In this document: positions 1 through 8,258 of the stretch, one piece after another
Layout: each line of letters starts with the position of its first letter
Position numbering within the stretch: position 1 is the stretch's first letter
From: Bacillota bacterium
GTDB lineage: Bacteria > Bacillota > Clostridia > Christensenellales > CAG-138
Reading direction: 5' to 3'
NCBI GenBank assembly: GCA_023458355.1
Contig: JAEWZS010000082.1
Span: 1 to 46,385, forward strand
DNA length: 46,385 nucleotides
The notes under the pieces: model-generated
Told to the model about the DNA's origin: nothing
Databases searched by the model: none
The model's input: the letters and a program-made list of their open reading frames with translations, nothing else
Made by a program: the position numbers and the translations under genes

Positions 1-1640
1 TCGGCATGGTTGCGCAAAGCGGCTATTTAAACATCGCGGTAGCCAACAGCGCGCGCGATCTTGGGTTCAGCCTCATGGTATCCACCGGTAATGAAATGGT
101 TGTGGACAGCACCGAGGTAATGGAGTACATGCTCGATGACCCGAATACCGATGTGATCATGGCCTTCATCGAGCAGATCCGCCGCCCTGATGCATTTAAA
201 GCCGTTGCGCTTCGAGCTATGGAACTTCATAAACCAATCGTGCTCATTAAGGTAGGCCGCTCGGAAATGGCGCAGCGCGCGACGACCGCACACACCGGTG
301 CACTTGCCGGTTCCGATGCCATTCAAGACAAGCTGTTCCAAAAGCTTGGTGTCATCCGTGTGGATGATTTTGACGAGATGTTTGAAACAGCTGAGCTTTT
401 ATCCAAGCTTAAAGGGAAGCTGCCCAAGGGGAACGGCATTTTTGCAGTTACGCTTTCAGGCGGAGTTATCAGCCTTATGGCGGACGTGGGCGAAAACATG
501 AGCCTGCGTTTTCCACAATGGTCTCAGACGGGTATGGCTGAGGTGCAAGAACAGCTCATGACATTCTCCCACATTGCAAACCCATTGGATGCCTGGGGTT
601 CGGGCCGCATCGAAGACACGTATGCCCCCTGCCTCTCTATCGCGGCTGCTGAAAAGGAATGCGATTTTCTCCTTGTGGTGCAAGACGTACCTGCCGGCAT
701 GGCCGATTCTCAGGTGCAGCAATACGCTATTGTCGCAAACGCCACCGCGGAAGCGGCACGTTTGTCGGGCAAGCCGACGGCACTTCTCACCAACATTTCA
801 ACAGGCGTTCACCCCGATATCCAAGCCATTCTTGACAGTGCAAACGTACCAACGCTTCGGGGAACTCGCGCCGGGCTCAAAGCCATCGACAACACAATTC
901 GCTACGCAGACGCCCTTATGGCACCTGCCTATGTAGAAAACACGAAGAAACACTCTCTTAAATTATCGCCTTCCCTCGGGAAAGCTCTCACCGAGTACCA
1001 AAGCAAGAAGGTGCTCGAAGACTTTTCTATCTCCTGTACGAGGGAAATTCTTGCCCCAGATCCGGATGCGTGCGCAGCTGCAGCGCGGGAAATCGGTTAT
1101 CCCGTTGTGCTTAAGGTAATGTCGCCGCAGATTTTACATAAAACCGAGGCCAAGGTGATTGCCGTTGGCCTTAAGGATGAAGCCGAGGTACGTGAGGCCT
1201 ATCCGCGTTTAATGGAAAATGCCCTACGCTTCGCGCGAAACGCTCAAATCGAAGGCATGCTGGTTCAGGAAATGGCGAGAAAACCTGTTGCCGAGGTGAT
1301 TATAGGCATTACACGCGATCCGCAGTTTGGGCCCGCCGTGGTTTACGGTACAGGCGGCATACTGGTAGAGGTGCTTAAAGACAGCACCTTAGGCATTCCG
1401 CCTCTGACCGAAGAGGAAGCCCTTAAAATGATCCGATCCACCAAGGGTTACCGCTTGCTGACGGGCTTCCGCGGCCGTGAAAAGGCGGATGTGCAAGCGC
1501 TCGCAAAAACACTGGTTCAAGTAGGCCGTTTGGCGGCCGAATGTGGGGATGAAGTCGCAGCGCTCGATATTAACCCTCTTCTCGTATATGAGGAAGGCAT
1601 GGGAGTGCTTGCGGTAGATGCCCTTTTGGAATTGCGGTAA
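1..1640 (+). CDS. ADP-forming acyl-CoA synthetase (acetate--CoA ligase family, fused alpha/beta); 5' end cut by the window edge
   Basis: The reading frame of ORF 6..1640 stays open to position 1. It has a succinyl-CoA-synthetase-like CoA-ligase part (TAHTGALAGSD) followed by a C-terminal ATP-grasp part (YPVVLKVMSPQILHKTE ... DINPLLV). The stop lies 23 nt before iorA. Confidence 0.85.
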   Translation, partial: GMVAQSGYLNIAVANSARDLGFSLMVSTGNEMVVDSTEVMEYMLDDPNTDVIMAFIEQIRRPDAFKAVALRAMELHKPIVLIKVGRSEMAQRATTAHTGALAGSDAIQDKLFQKLGVIRVDDFDEMFETAELLSKLKGKLPKGNGIFAVTLSGGVISLMADVGENMSLRFPQWSQTGMAEVQEQLMTFSHIANPLDAWGSGRIEDTYAPCLSIAAAEKECDFLLVVQDVPAGMADSQVQQYAIVANATAEAARLSGKPTALLTNISTGVHPDIQAILDSANVPTLRGTRAGLKAIDNTIRYADALMAPAYVENTKKHSLKLSPSLGKALTEYQSKKVLEDFSISCTREILAPDPDACAAAAREIGYPVVLKVMSPQILHKTEAKVIAVGLKDEAEVREAYPRLMENALRFARNAQIEGMLVQEMARKPVAEVIIGITRDPQFGPAVVYGTGGILVEVLKDSTLGIPPLTEEEALKMIRSTKGYRLLTGFRGREKADVQALAKTLVQVGRLAAECGDEVAALDINPLLVYEEGMGVLAVDALLELR

Positions 1641-1663
1641 GGGTACCGAATAAAACATAACAG

Positions 1664-3463
1664 ATGGAGGAATTTTCCTTGAAACAATTATTGTCTGGTA
1701 ACGAAGCGATTGCACGGGGCGCATATGAAGCCGGCGTGCAGGTGGTTACCGGTTATCCTGGGACACCGAGCTCCGAAATCGTAGAAACAGTCGCCTCCTT
1801 ATATGGCGACGAGGTTTATGTGGAATGGTCGACCAATGAAAAGGTAGCGATGGACGCTGCAGCCGGTGCTGCATACAGCGGAAAACGTGCCATGGTCACC
1901 ACCAAGCAGGTCGGCATGAATGTGCTGATGGACTCTATGCTTTACACCGTTTACACCGGCGTCGAGGCCGGGCTTGTAGTGGTTACGGCCGACGACCCGG
2001 GCCTGTTCAGCTCGCAAAACGAGCAGGACAACCGTTGGTATTCGCGCCTTGCAAAAATCCCCACGTTTGAGCCCGCCGATAGCCAAGAAACGAAAGATTT
2101 CATCAAACTGGCTTTTGAGCTGTCCGAAAAGTTCGATACCTCTACGCTGCTTAGAAGCGTTATGCGTATTTCACACTGCAAGAGCGTTGTAGAAACCGCT
2201 CCGCGCGTAGAAAACCCGCTTAAGCTCGAAAAATTTCCACGCAACATCCCGAAATACAACTGCACGGCGATGTATGCAAAGATCATGCACCAAGAGCTCG
2301 AAGAGAAAATCAAAAAGATCGCCGAATATGCTGAAACCATGGATATCAACCGCATCGAGTGGGGTGACAGGTCTTTGGGCATCATCACAAGCGGCATCGT
2401 GTACCAATACGTCAAAGAAGTGTTCCCCAATGCTTCTGTACTCAAGCTTGGCATGACATATCCGCTTCCCCAAAATCTCATTAAAACCTTTGCACAGGGT
2501 GTAGACAAGGTACTTGTGGTAGAGGAATTGGATCCTGTACTCGAAGAGCAAATTAAGTCCATGGGCGTAGAAGTAACCGGTAAGGAACTCTTCCCTCCGT
2601 TCTTCGAATTGCTGCCCGATCGCTTGATGGATATCGCCCTCAAAAACGGTTTGCTCACAAGCGATACGCGCGAAAAGACGGAGCCCGCAGCAAAACTGCC
2701 CGAACGCTCCCCCGTTCTTTGCGCAGGTTGCCCGCACCGTTCCACGTACACTGTATTAGCTAAGTTAGGATTGCCGGTTGCCGGTGATATCGGCTGCTAC
2801 AACCTCGGCGCACAGCCTCCGTTCCACGCGCAGCACACCATGGGAGCTATGGGCGCAAGTATCGGCGTTCTGCACGGCATGTCCATCGCCGGGCTTCCGG
2901 AAAACCGTGTCTGCACCATCGGCGATTCAACATTTTTCCATTCAGGGCTTTCGCCGCTGGCCAATATGGTACATAATGAAAGCCGCGGTGTTGTTATTCT
3001 CATGGATAACTACACAACGGCCATGACCGGCCACCAGGACCATCCGGGTACAGATTATAAGGTGCTGCGTACCAACAAGGCTCGCAAAATCGCAATCGAA
3101 CCCCTGGTACGCGCACTCGGCGTAGAGATGGTGAAAAGCGTTGATGCATTCAATCTCAAAGAGGTTGAAGAAGGCCTTAAGGAGTGCCTTGCGTTCGACG
3201 GCCCGTCGGTATTGATCACAAAAGGCGCTTGCGTCCAAATCAATAAAACTGCAAGCCCAATCTACCACGTCAAAACAGATACCTGCATCGCCTGCCATAA
3301 GTGCTTCCAGGTAGGCTGCCCCGCCATTATGGTATCCGATGAAGAAAACCCCAAGACACATAAAAAGAAATGCCGCATCGATCCTACCTTGTGTAACGGC
3401 TGCGGGATATGCTCTCAGGTCTGCCCCACAAAGGCGATCTCGAGGAAGGAGGATGCGCAATGA
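1664..3463 (+). CDS. iorA: Indolepyruvate:ferredoxin oxidoreductase, alpha subunit (2-oxoacid:ferredoxin oxidoreductase, TPP and 2x[4Fe-4S])
   Basis: The N-terminus LKQLLSGNEAIARGAYEAGVQVVTGYPGTPSSEI is IorA-typical. A TPP-binding GDSTFFHSG motif is present. The C-terminus carries two ferredoxin Cys clusters (CIACHKCFQVGCP, CNGCGICSQVCP). The ATG at 1664 has no SD. The in-frame TTG at 1679 sits 7 nt after GGAGGA (1666-1671) and may be the true start. Confidence 0.9.
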   Translation: MEEFSLKQLLSGNEAIARGAYEAGVQVVTGYPGTPSSEIVETVASLYGDEVYVEWSTNEKVAMDAAAGAAYSGKRAMVTTKQVGMNVLMDSMLYTVYTGVEAGLVVVTADDPGLFSSQNEQDNRWYSRLAKIPTFEPADSQETKDFIKLAFELSEKFDTSTLLRSVMRISHCKSVVETAPRVENPLKLEKFPRNIPKYNCTAMYAKIMHQELEEKIKKIAEYAETMDINRIEWGDRSLGIITSGIVYQYVKEVFPNASVLKLGMTYPLPQNLIKTFAQGVDKVLVVEELDPVLEEQIKSMGVEVTGKELFPPFFELLPDRLMDIALKNGLLTSDTREKTEPAAKLPERSPVLCAGCPHRSTYTVLAKLGLPVAGDIGCYNLGAQPPFHAQHTMGAMGASIGVLHGMSIAGLPENRVCTIGDSTFFHSGLSPLANMVHNESRGVVILMDNYTTAMTGHQDHPGTDYKVLRTNKARKIAIEPLVRALGVEMVKSVDAFNLKEVEEGLKECLAFDGPSVLITKGACVQINKTASPIYHVKTDTCIACHKCFQVGCPAIMVSDEENPKTHKKKCRIDPTLCNGCGICSQVCPTKAISRKEDAQ

Positions 3464-4044
3464 AAAACAGCGTTAATTTCTTAATCGTCGGCGTAGGCGG
3501 CCAGGGTACCATTCTTGTGAGCGATATTCTGTCTGAGGTCGGCATGCTTTCAGGGCTTGATGCCAAAAAATCCGATATTATGGGTCTCGCCATCCGCGGC
3601 GGAAGCGTTTCGAGCCATGTCCGCTGGGCGAAGCGCGTTGGGTCGCCTATGAACATGATAGGCACGGTAGATTATCTCATGGCTTCCGAGCCTCTTGAAG
3701 CGCTTCGCGCGACAGAGTATTTAAAAAAGGAAAGCACTGTCATCTACAACGAATACCCCCTGCAACCGATGCTTGTGAGCACGGGCAAGGCGGAGTATCC
3801 CGATAACGACACAATAAACGAGATGCTTTCTAAGGTATCTACCAAGGTCATCCATTACGATGCTACCAAAAAAGCACAAGAAATCGGCAACGTGAAGGTT
3901 ATGAACATCGTGCTTCTCGGTACATTGTCCAAAATGTTCCCCGAAATAGGGCCTGATGTATGGGAAACGGCTATCCGTAACCATGTTCCTTCAAAATTGC
4001 AGGAGCTTAACATTAAGGCCTTCCATGTTGGAAGGGAGATGTAA
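3460..4044 (+). CDS. iorB: Indolepyruvate:ferredoxin oxidoreductase, beta subunit
   Basis: MKNSVNFLIVGVGGQGTILVSDIL is the typical IorB/OFOR-gamma-like N-terminus. The ATG at 3460 overlaps the iorA TGA (ATGA), and the GGAAGGAGG RBS lies inside the iorA end. The ORF-track start at 3409 is probably too long. Confidence 0.9.
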   Translation: MKNSVNFLIVGVGGQGTILVSDILSEVGMLSGLDAKKSDIMGLAIRGGSVSSHVRWAKRVGSPMNMIGTVDYLMASEPLEALRATEYLKKESTVIYNEYPLQPMLVSTGKAEYPDNDTINEMLSKVSTKVIHYDATKKAQEIGNVKVMNIVLLGTLSKMFPEIGPDVWETAIRNHVPSKLQELNIKAFHVGREM

Positions 4045-4051
4045 TATAATA

Positions 4052-4792
4052 ATGAAGATAATGGTCATCAACCCGAACTCTTCTGTCACCATGACTGAGC
4101 ACCTTGGAAAGGTACTCAATCAGATTAAGAACAGCGGCACGGAGCTAAGTGTTGTATGCCCTAAGGGCGGTCCTCAGGCGATTGAAAGCGCCTATGACGA
4201 AGCTCTGTGTGTCCCCGGTGTACTTAAGCTTGTTGAAAAGGCAAACACTGAAGGCTACGACGCCATCATCATCGCCTGCTTCAGCGACCCGGGCCTTGAG
4301 GCTTGCAGGGAGATTTCAAACATTCTCGTAACGGGCATTGAGGAAATCGGCCTCCATGTTGCAGCCATGATGGGTGCTAAGTTCACCATTCTCACCATGA
4401 ACCGCGAGCGTGTGCCGGCCAAAGAAAAGGAAGGCCGCCGTTATAAGCTCGAACACAGCATGGCATCTGTTCGCCCGCTTGGCATGAGTGTTGCTGAAAC
4501 GGACAGCGAGCCCGATCGGGCACGTGAGAGGATTCGCAGCTTAGCAAAGCAGGCCGCAGAGGAAGACGGAGCCGAAGTTATCGTTCTTGGCTGCGCCGGA
4601 ATGGCCGGTTATGCCGAGGGTATCACCGAGGAGCTGGGCATCACTGTGATCGACCCCTCCTCCGTAGCGCTCAAGGTGACCGAGGCGCTTGTGGCGGCAA
4701 ATGTAAGTCATGCAAAATGTGCCTTCTATGCCATCCCGCCCAGCATTCGCCGCGCAGCTGAGAATAATAAAGACTGCAGCCTTTGTGGCTGA
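4052..4792 (+). CDS. Asp/Glu/hydantoin racemase family protein (hydantoin or allantoin racemase-like)
   Basis: MKIMVINPNSS is the N-terminus. Two catalytic-Cys motifs typical of HyuE/HpxA-type racemases are present (IIIACFSDPGLEA and VIVLGCAGMAGYA). The ATG at 4052 is preceded by GGAAGGGAG and lies only 7 nt after the iorB stop. Confidence 0.85.
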   Translation: MKIMVINPNSSVTMTEHLGKVLNQIKNSGTELSVVCPKGGPQAIESAYDEALCVPGVLKLVEKANTEGYDAIIIACFSDPGLEACREISNILVTGIEEIGLHVAAMMGAKFTILTMNRERVPAKEKEGRRYKLEHSMASVRPLGMSVAETDSEPDRARERIRSLAKQAAEEDGAEVIVLGCAGMAGYAEGITEELGITVIDPSSVALKVTEALVAANVSHAKCAFYAIPPSIRRAAENNKDCSLCG

Positions 4793-4806
4793 AGGAGTAG
4801 CGCAAG

Positions 4807-5601
4807 TTGAACAAAAAACCGGACAAGTCGGAGGTCGCATCGCTCGATAAGGCGATACAAATACTCCAATACCTTACACAGCTCGATAAAGACATCAGTC
4901 TTAAAGACCTGTCAGCCGGGGTGAACATGCCAAAGGCAACGCTCATCCGCCTGCTCACCACCATGAAACGTCATGGTTTAATTCAGCAGGATGTGGCAAC
5001 GAAAAATTACCGTCTTGGTTGGGCGCTCATCTATATGGGCACGGCGGCCTCCCGCTTGTTCGATTTACCAAAGATTATCCACCCGTACCTGGAACGATTG
5101 TCGCGCGAATCCGGAGAAAGTGCTTCGCTCGTGCAGTTTCAACGCGATTCTGCGGTATATGTTGACCAGGTTTCCTGTACCAATCTTATCCGAAGCGGGC
5201 TTGGTGTAGGTGCACAACTGCAAATACACCTTTCCGCTGCCGGAAAAATTCTTATAAGCGATATGCCTGATGAGGCTATCAGGAAGTTTATAAAGCGCAA
5301 CCCGCTTATAAAGCGTACCGAAAAGACCATCACCAGTGAGGAAGCATTCCTTCGCGAAATCCATAGTGTACGCGAAAACGGCTATGCGCTTGACGATGAG
5401 GAAGGTGAAATCGGAGGGCGCTGCATCGCAGCTCCTATAAAGGATTGGAACGACAACATACTTGCTTCCATTTCCATCACCGGCCCATCAAGCCGCGTTC
5501 ATAAAGAAACCATGCCAAGGCTAATCGAGCTTGTGTGCGAAGTTGCCAGCATGGCTTCTGACGAGCTTAAATGCGGCAGTCGTCAAAATACAACGAATTA
5601 G
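4807..5601 (+). CDS. IclR-family transcriptional regulator
   Basis: N-terminal wHTH (SLDKAIQILQYL ... LSAGVNMPKATLIRLLTTM) plus a C-terminal IclR effector domain (GYALDDEEGEIGGRCIAAPI). The TTG start at 4807 lies 9 nt after AAGGAG (4792-4797). Confidence 0.85.
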   Translation: MNKKPDKSEVASLDKAIQILQYLTQLDKDISLKDLSAGVNMPKATLIRLLTTMKRHGLIQQDVATKNYRLGWALIYMGTAASRLFDLPKIIHPYLERLSRESGESASLVQFQRDSAVYVDQVSCTNLIRSGLGVGAQLQIHLSAAGKILISDMPDEAIRKFIKRNPLIKRTEKTITSEEAFLREIHSVRENGYALDDEEGEIGGRCIAAPIKDWNDNILASISITGPSSRVHKETMPRLIELVCEVASMASDELKCGSRQNTTN

Positions 5602-5639
5602 AGTGCAAACCTTCATATTATATAAGGAGAAGTTTTCCA

Positions 5640-6566
5640 ATGGATTTCAAAGGCCTGGATATTTTAAACGGCTATCAGTTTACCAACCAACAGCTCAACC
5701 ACATTATGAACACCGCTGCGCAGTATGAAAAGCGCGTCAAGGAGGGTGAGGTCATCCGCGACCTCGAAGGCCTTGTCGTTGCGACACTCTTCTTTGAGCC
5801 GTCCACGCGCACACGTCTATCCTTTGAAGCGGCTATCAATCGCACGGGTGCTAAGGTCATCAGCATGGCTGATGCCAAGGCATCCTCTTCTGCAAAAGGC
5901 GAAACCATGCAGGATACCATCAGAACAATAGACGGTTATGTGGATGCCATCGTCATGCGTCACCCGGAAAAGGGCTCCGCGAAAGAAGCGGCTGATATTG
6001 CCGAGCATCCGGTCATCAATGGCGGCGACGGTGCGGGCCAGCATCCCACACAGGCGCTTTTAGACATCTATACAATGCGCAAGGAGAAAGGCCACATCGG
6101 AGGCCAGACGATTACCTTCTTGGGTGATCTTAAATACGGCCGCACGGTGCACTCTTTAGGTTACCTCATGCAGCAGCTCGGTAACAAAATGATATTCGCC
6201 TCCCCCGATACGCTGAAAATGCCCGAAGAGATTACAAGCGACCTTCGTTCCCGCAGTGCTGACATCACGGAAACAAGCGACGTGCGCGAGGCTCTCTCCC
6301 AATCGGACTTTGTATATGTTACCCGTGTGCAGCGCGAACGTTTTTCTGACATTGCAGAGTATGAACAGTGCAAGGGCAGCTACATAATAAACCGTGAGCT
6401 TTTAAAGGCGGCAAAGCCTGCAATCACAATTTTGCATCCCCTGCCCCGTGTCGATGAAATCGCAACGGATGTAGACGACTATGAAGGTGCCGCCTATTTC
6501 CGCCAGGCCCATAACGGCATGTACCTGCGCATGGCGCTTCTAGGCCTTGTAACAGGCAGGGTATAA
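5640..6566 (+). CDS. pyrB: Aspartate carbamoyltransferase catalytic-chain-like protein (ATCase/OTCase superfamily)
   Basis: Carbamoyl-P motifs STRTR and HPTQ are present. Aspartate-site motifs GDLKYGRTVHS, TRVQRERF and HPLPR are also present; HPLPR is the ATCase signature, not the OTCase HCLP. The ATG at 5640 follows AAGGAGAAG. No pyrI lies next to it. Confidence 0.85.
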   Translation: MDFKGLDILNGYQFTNQQLNHIMNTAAQYEKRVKEGEVIRDLEGLVVATLFFEPSTRTRLSFEAAINRTGAKVISMADAKASSSAKGETMQDTIRTIDGYVDAIVMRHPEKGSAKEAADIAEHPVINGGDGAGQHPTQALLDIYTMRKEKGHIGGQTITFLGDLKYGRTVHSLGYLMQQLGNKMIFASPDTLKMPEEITSDLRSRSADITETSDVREALSQSDFVYVTRVQRERFSDIAEYEQCKGSYIINRELLKAAKPAITILHPLPRVDEIATDVDDYEGAAYFRQAHNGMYLRMALLGLVTGRV

Positions 6567-6581
6567 AGAAAAATAACGTTT

Positions 6582-6642
6582 GCCGGGCAGCGGGGTTTGC
6601 GTGTTCGTCATCCCCGACGCAGGGCAGGTTTCGCTGCTTGGC
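6582..6642 (+). promoter_or_regulatory. Structured intercistronic RNA element (long imperfect stem-loop, possible attenuator, terminator or processing site)
   Basis: The outer arms GCCGGGCAGCG (6582-6592) and CGCTGCTTGGC (6632-6642) can pair over 11 bp including 2 G-U. They enclose inner GGGG/CCCC and TGCGT/ACGCA pairings and are followed by ATTTATTA. The element lies in the 142-nt gap between two otherwise tightly packed genes. Confidence 0.3.
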
Positions 6643-6708
6643 ATTTATTAAAGGCCGTTGTTTACACATACGGCCGCTAAAATTACCATTCAAGGAGGCA
6701 ATTTTCGT

Positions 6709-8106
6709 ATGTTGTGGGACCATGTTGTAAAGGGTGGAATGCTTGTAAGCGCAAGCGACGTATATGAGGCAGATATTTATATAAAAGACGGTAAAATTGC
6801 AGCAGTCACCAAGGAAGACCTGGGTGAAGCGCGTGAGACGACTGATGCGCGAGGCAAATATGTTTTACCCGGCTTTATTGATACACACGCTCACTCCCGT
6901 GACGGTTTTAAAGGTGCGCACCAAAAGGAGGATTTTTTCCATTCCTCGCGTGCAGGTGCCGTGAGCGGAATCACCACCATTTATGAAATGCCCAACTGCA
7001 ACCCTGCTATTTACAATGTGGACCGCATGAACGACCTGATTGAATGCATCACACCCAAGGCGCATGTGGACTTCGGCATTTGGGGCCTATGCCTTGGCGA
7101 TCTCAACAACCACGAACTTAAAGCTTTGGCTGACGCCGGCGTCGTAGGTTTTAAATTTTTCTGGGGATATGCCATTGACGCTAAGGAATACCAGCTTATC
7201 TACAACTTCCGCGAAGGCATGACGGATGTAATTCCCCCGCTAGATGAAGGACAAATCTATAAAATATTCCGTGAGGTAGCAAAGACAGGTAAAATGGTCG
7301 GCATACACGCGGAAAATTTTGATATCATCAATGTTTTGACCAAAGAAGTCATGGAAAGCGGCGATACGAGCTATGCGGCCATGCTGCGTTCCCGCCCGTC
7401 ATTTTCGGAAACCACCATCATCGAAACGGCGATTTCCATTGCAAAGGAGCTCGGGACGCACCTCCATATTTTGCATCTTGCAGCAGGCGACGGCGTAGAC
7501 CTTATCCGCGATGCGCAAGCAAAAGGTATAAACGTGACGGGAGAAACCTGCCCGCAATACCTTGCGCTTACCGATGAGGATGCGGCTCAACTTGGCGCCA
7601 TGATCAAAGGCTATCCCCCCGTACGTACCAAGTATGACCAGGATAAGCTTTGGAATGGCCTTTTAGACGGTACGCTTTCCTTTGTTTGCTCCGACCACGC
7701 CCCTCACATGGAAGCCGAAAAGAAGCGCAGCCTCTGGGAAGCACCCGCAGGCGGAGCAACCATTGAAACCATGAGCCTTGTGTTAATCGACGCGGTGAAT
7801 AGAGGCAAAATATCCATCAACAAGCTTGTAGAGATTTTGAGCGAGCAGCCTGCGCGCATGTTTAACACATATCCCGAGAAAGGATCCCTCCTGCCCGGAA
7901 CGGATGCGGATATTGTTGTGTTGGATATGGAGCAGGAATTCGTGTTCCATCAGGAGCAAATGCAGTCTCGCACCAAGCTCTCGCCCTATGACAAGCGTAC
8001 ATTCAAGGGTAAACCCGTTAAGACAATTCTGCGCGGGCATACCATGGCGGAAAACGGTGCCATCGTGAGCGAGCCTTACGGTAAGTTTATCCGTCCCAAA
8101 AAATAA
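6709..8106 (+). CDS. Cyclic amidohydrolase (dihydroorotase / allantoinase / hydantoinase family), 465 aa
   Basis: Metal ligands are present: DTHAHS (HxH), GFKFF (carboxylated Lys), GIHAEN, HILHL and SDHAPH. The SDHAPHMEAEKK segment resembles type-I dihydroorotase TDHAPH..EEK. The length and the insertion after the KFF strand resemble allantoinase/hydantoinase. The ATG at 6709 follows AAGGAGG (6692-6698). Confidence 0.85.
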   Translation: MLWDHVVKGGMLVSASDVYEADIYIKDGKIAAVTKEDLGEARETTDARGKYVLPGFIDTHAHSRDGFKGAHQKEDFFHSSRAGAVSGITTIYEMPNCNPAIYNVDRMNDLIECITPKAHVDFGIWGLCLGDLNNHELKALADAGVVGFKFFWGYAIDAKEYQLIYNFREGMTDVIPPLDEGQIYKIFREVAKTGKMVGIHAENFDIINVLTKEVMESGDTSYAAMLRSRPSFSETTIIETAISIAKELGTHLHILHLAAGDGVDLIRDAQAKGINVTGETCPQYLALTDEDAAQLGAMIKGYPPVRTKYDQDKLWNGLLDGTLSFVCSDHAPHMEAEKKRSLWEAPAGGATIETMSLVLIDAVNRGKISINKLVEILSEQPARMFNTYPEKGSLLPGTDADIVVLDMEQEFVFHQEQMQSRTKLSPYDKRTFKGKPVKTILRGHTMAENGAIVSEPYGKFIRPKK

Positions 8107-8115
8107 AGCCTTTCT

Positions 8116-8135
8116 GCGTACCTTTATAGGTACGC
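8116..8135 (+). terminator. Perfect 8-bp hairpin after the amidohydrolase gene (weak or partial terminator)
   Basis: GCGTACCT-TTAT-AGGTACGC lies 10 nt after the stop. The downstream tail TCCGCTTATTG is only moderately T-rich. Confidence 0.3.
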
Positions 8136-8258
8136 TCCGCTTATTGTAGAAGTATCATTTTACAGCCTTGTACAGCAAGGTTTAAAAAAGTTGCAGCAAA
8201 GGGAACAAAATATCCCTGATGCTGCGAAAAAACATACAACATGAAGGGGGTATATATC

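Noticed and set aside
1951-2751. 266-aa and 188-aa ORFs on the - strand inside iorA
   Set aside because: They are shadow ORFs opposite a gene with unambiguous IorA motifs. Their products are Ser-rich and low-complexity.
6567-6708. PyrR-type attenuator between the pyrB-like and pyrC-like genes
   Set aside because: No sequence resembling the PyrR binding loop (ARUCCAGAGAGGYU-type) is present, and there is no pyrR gene in the window.
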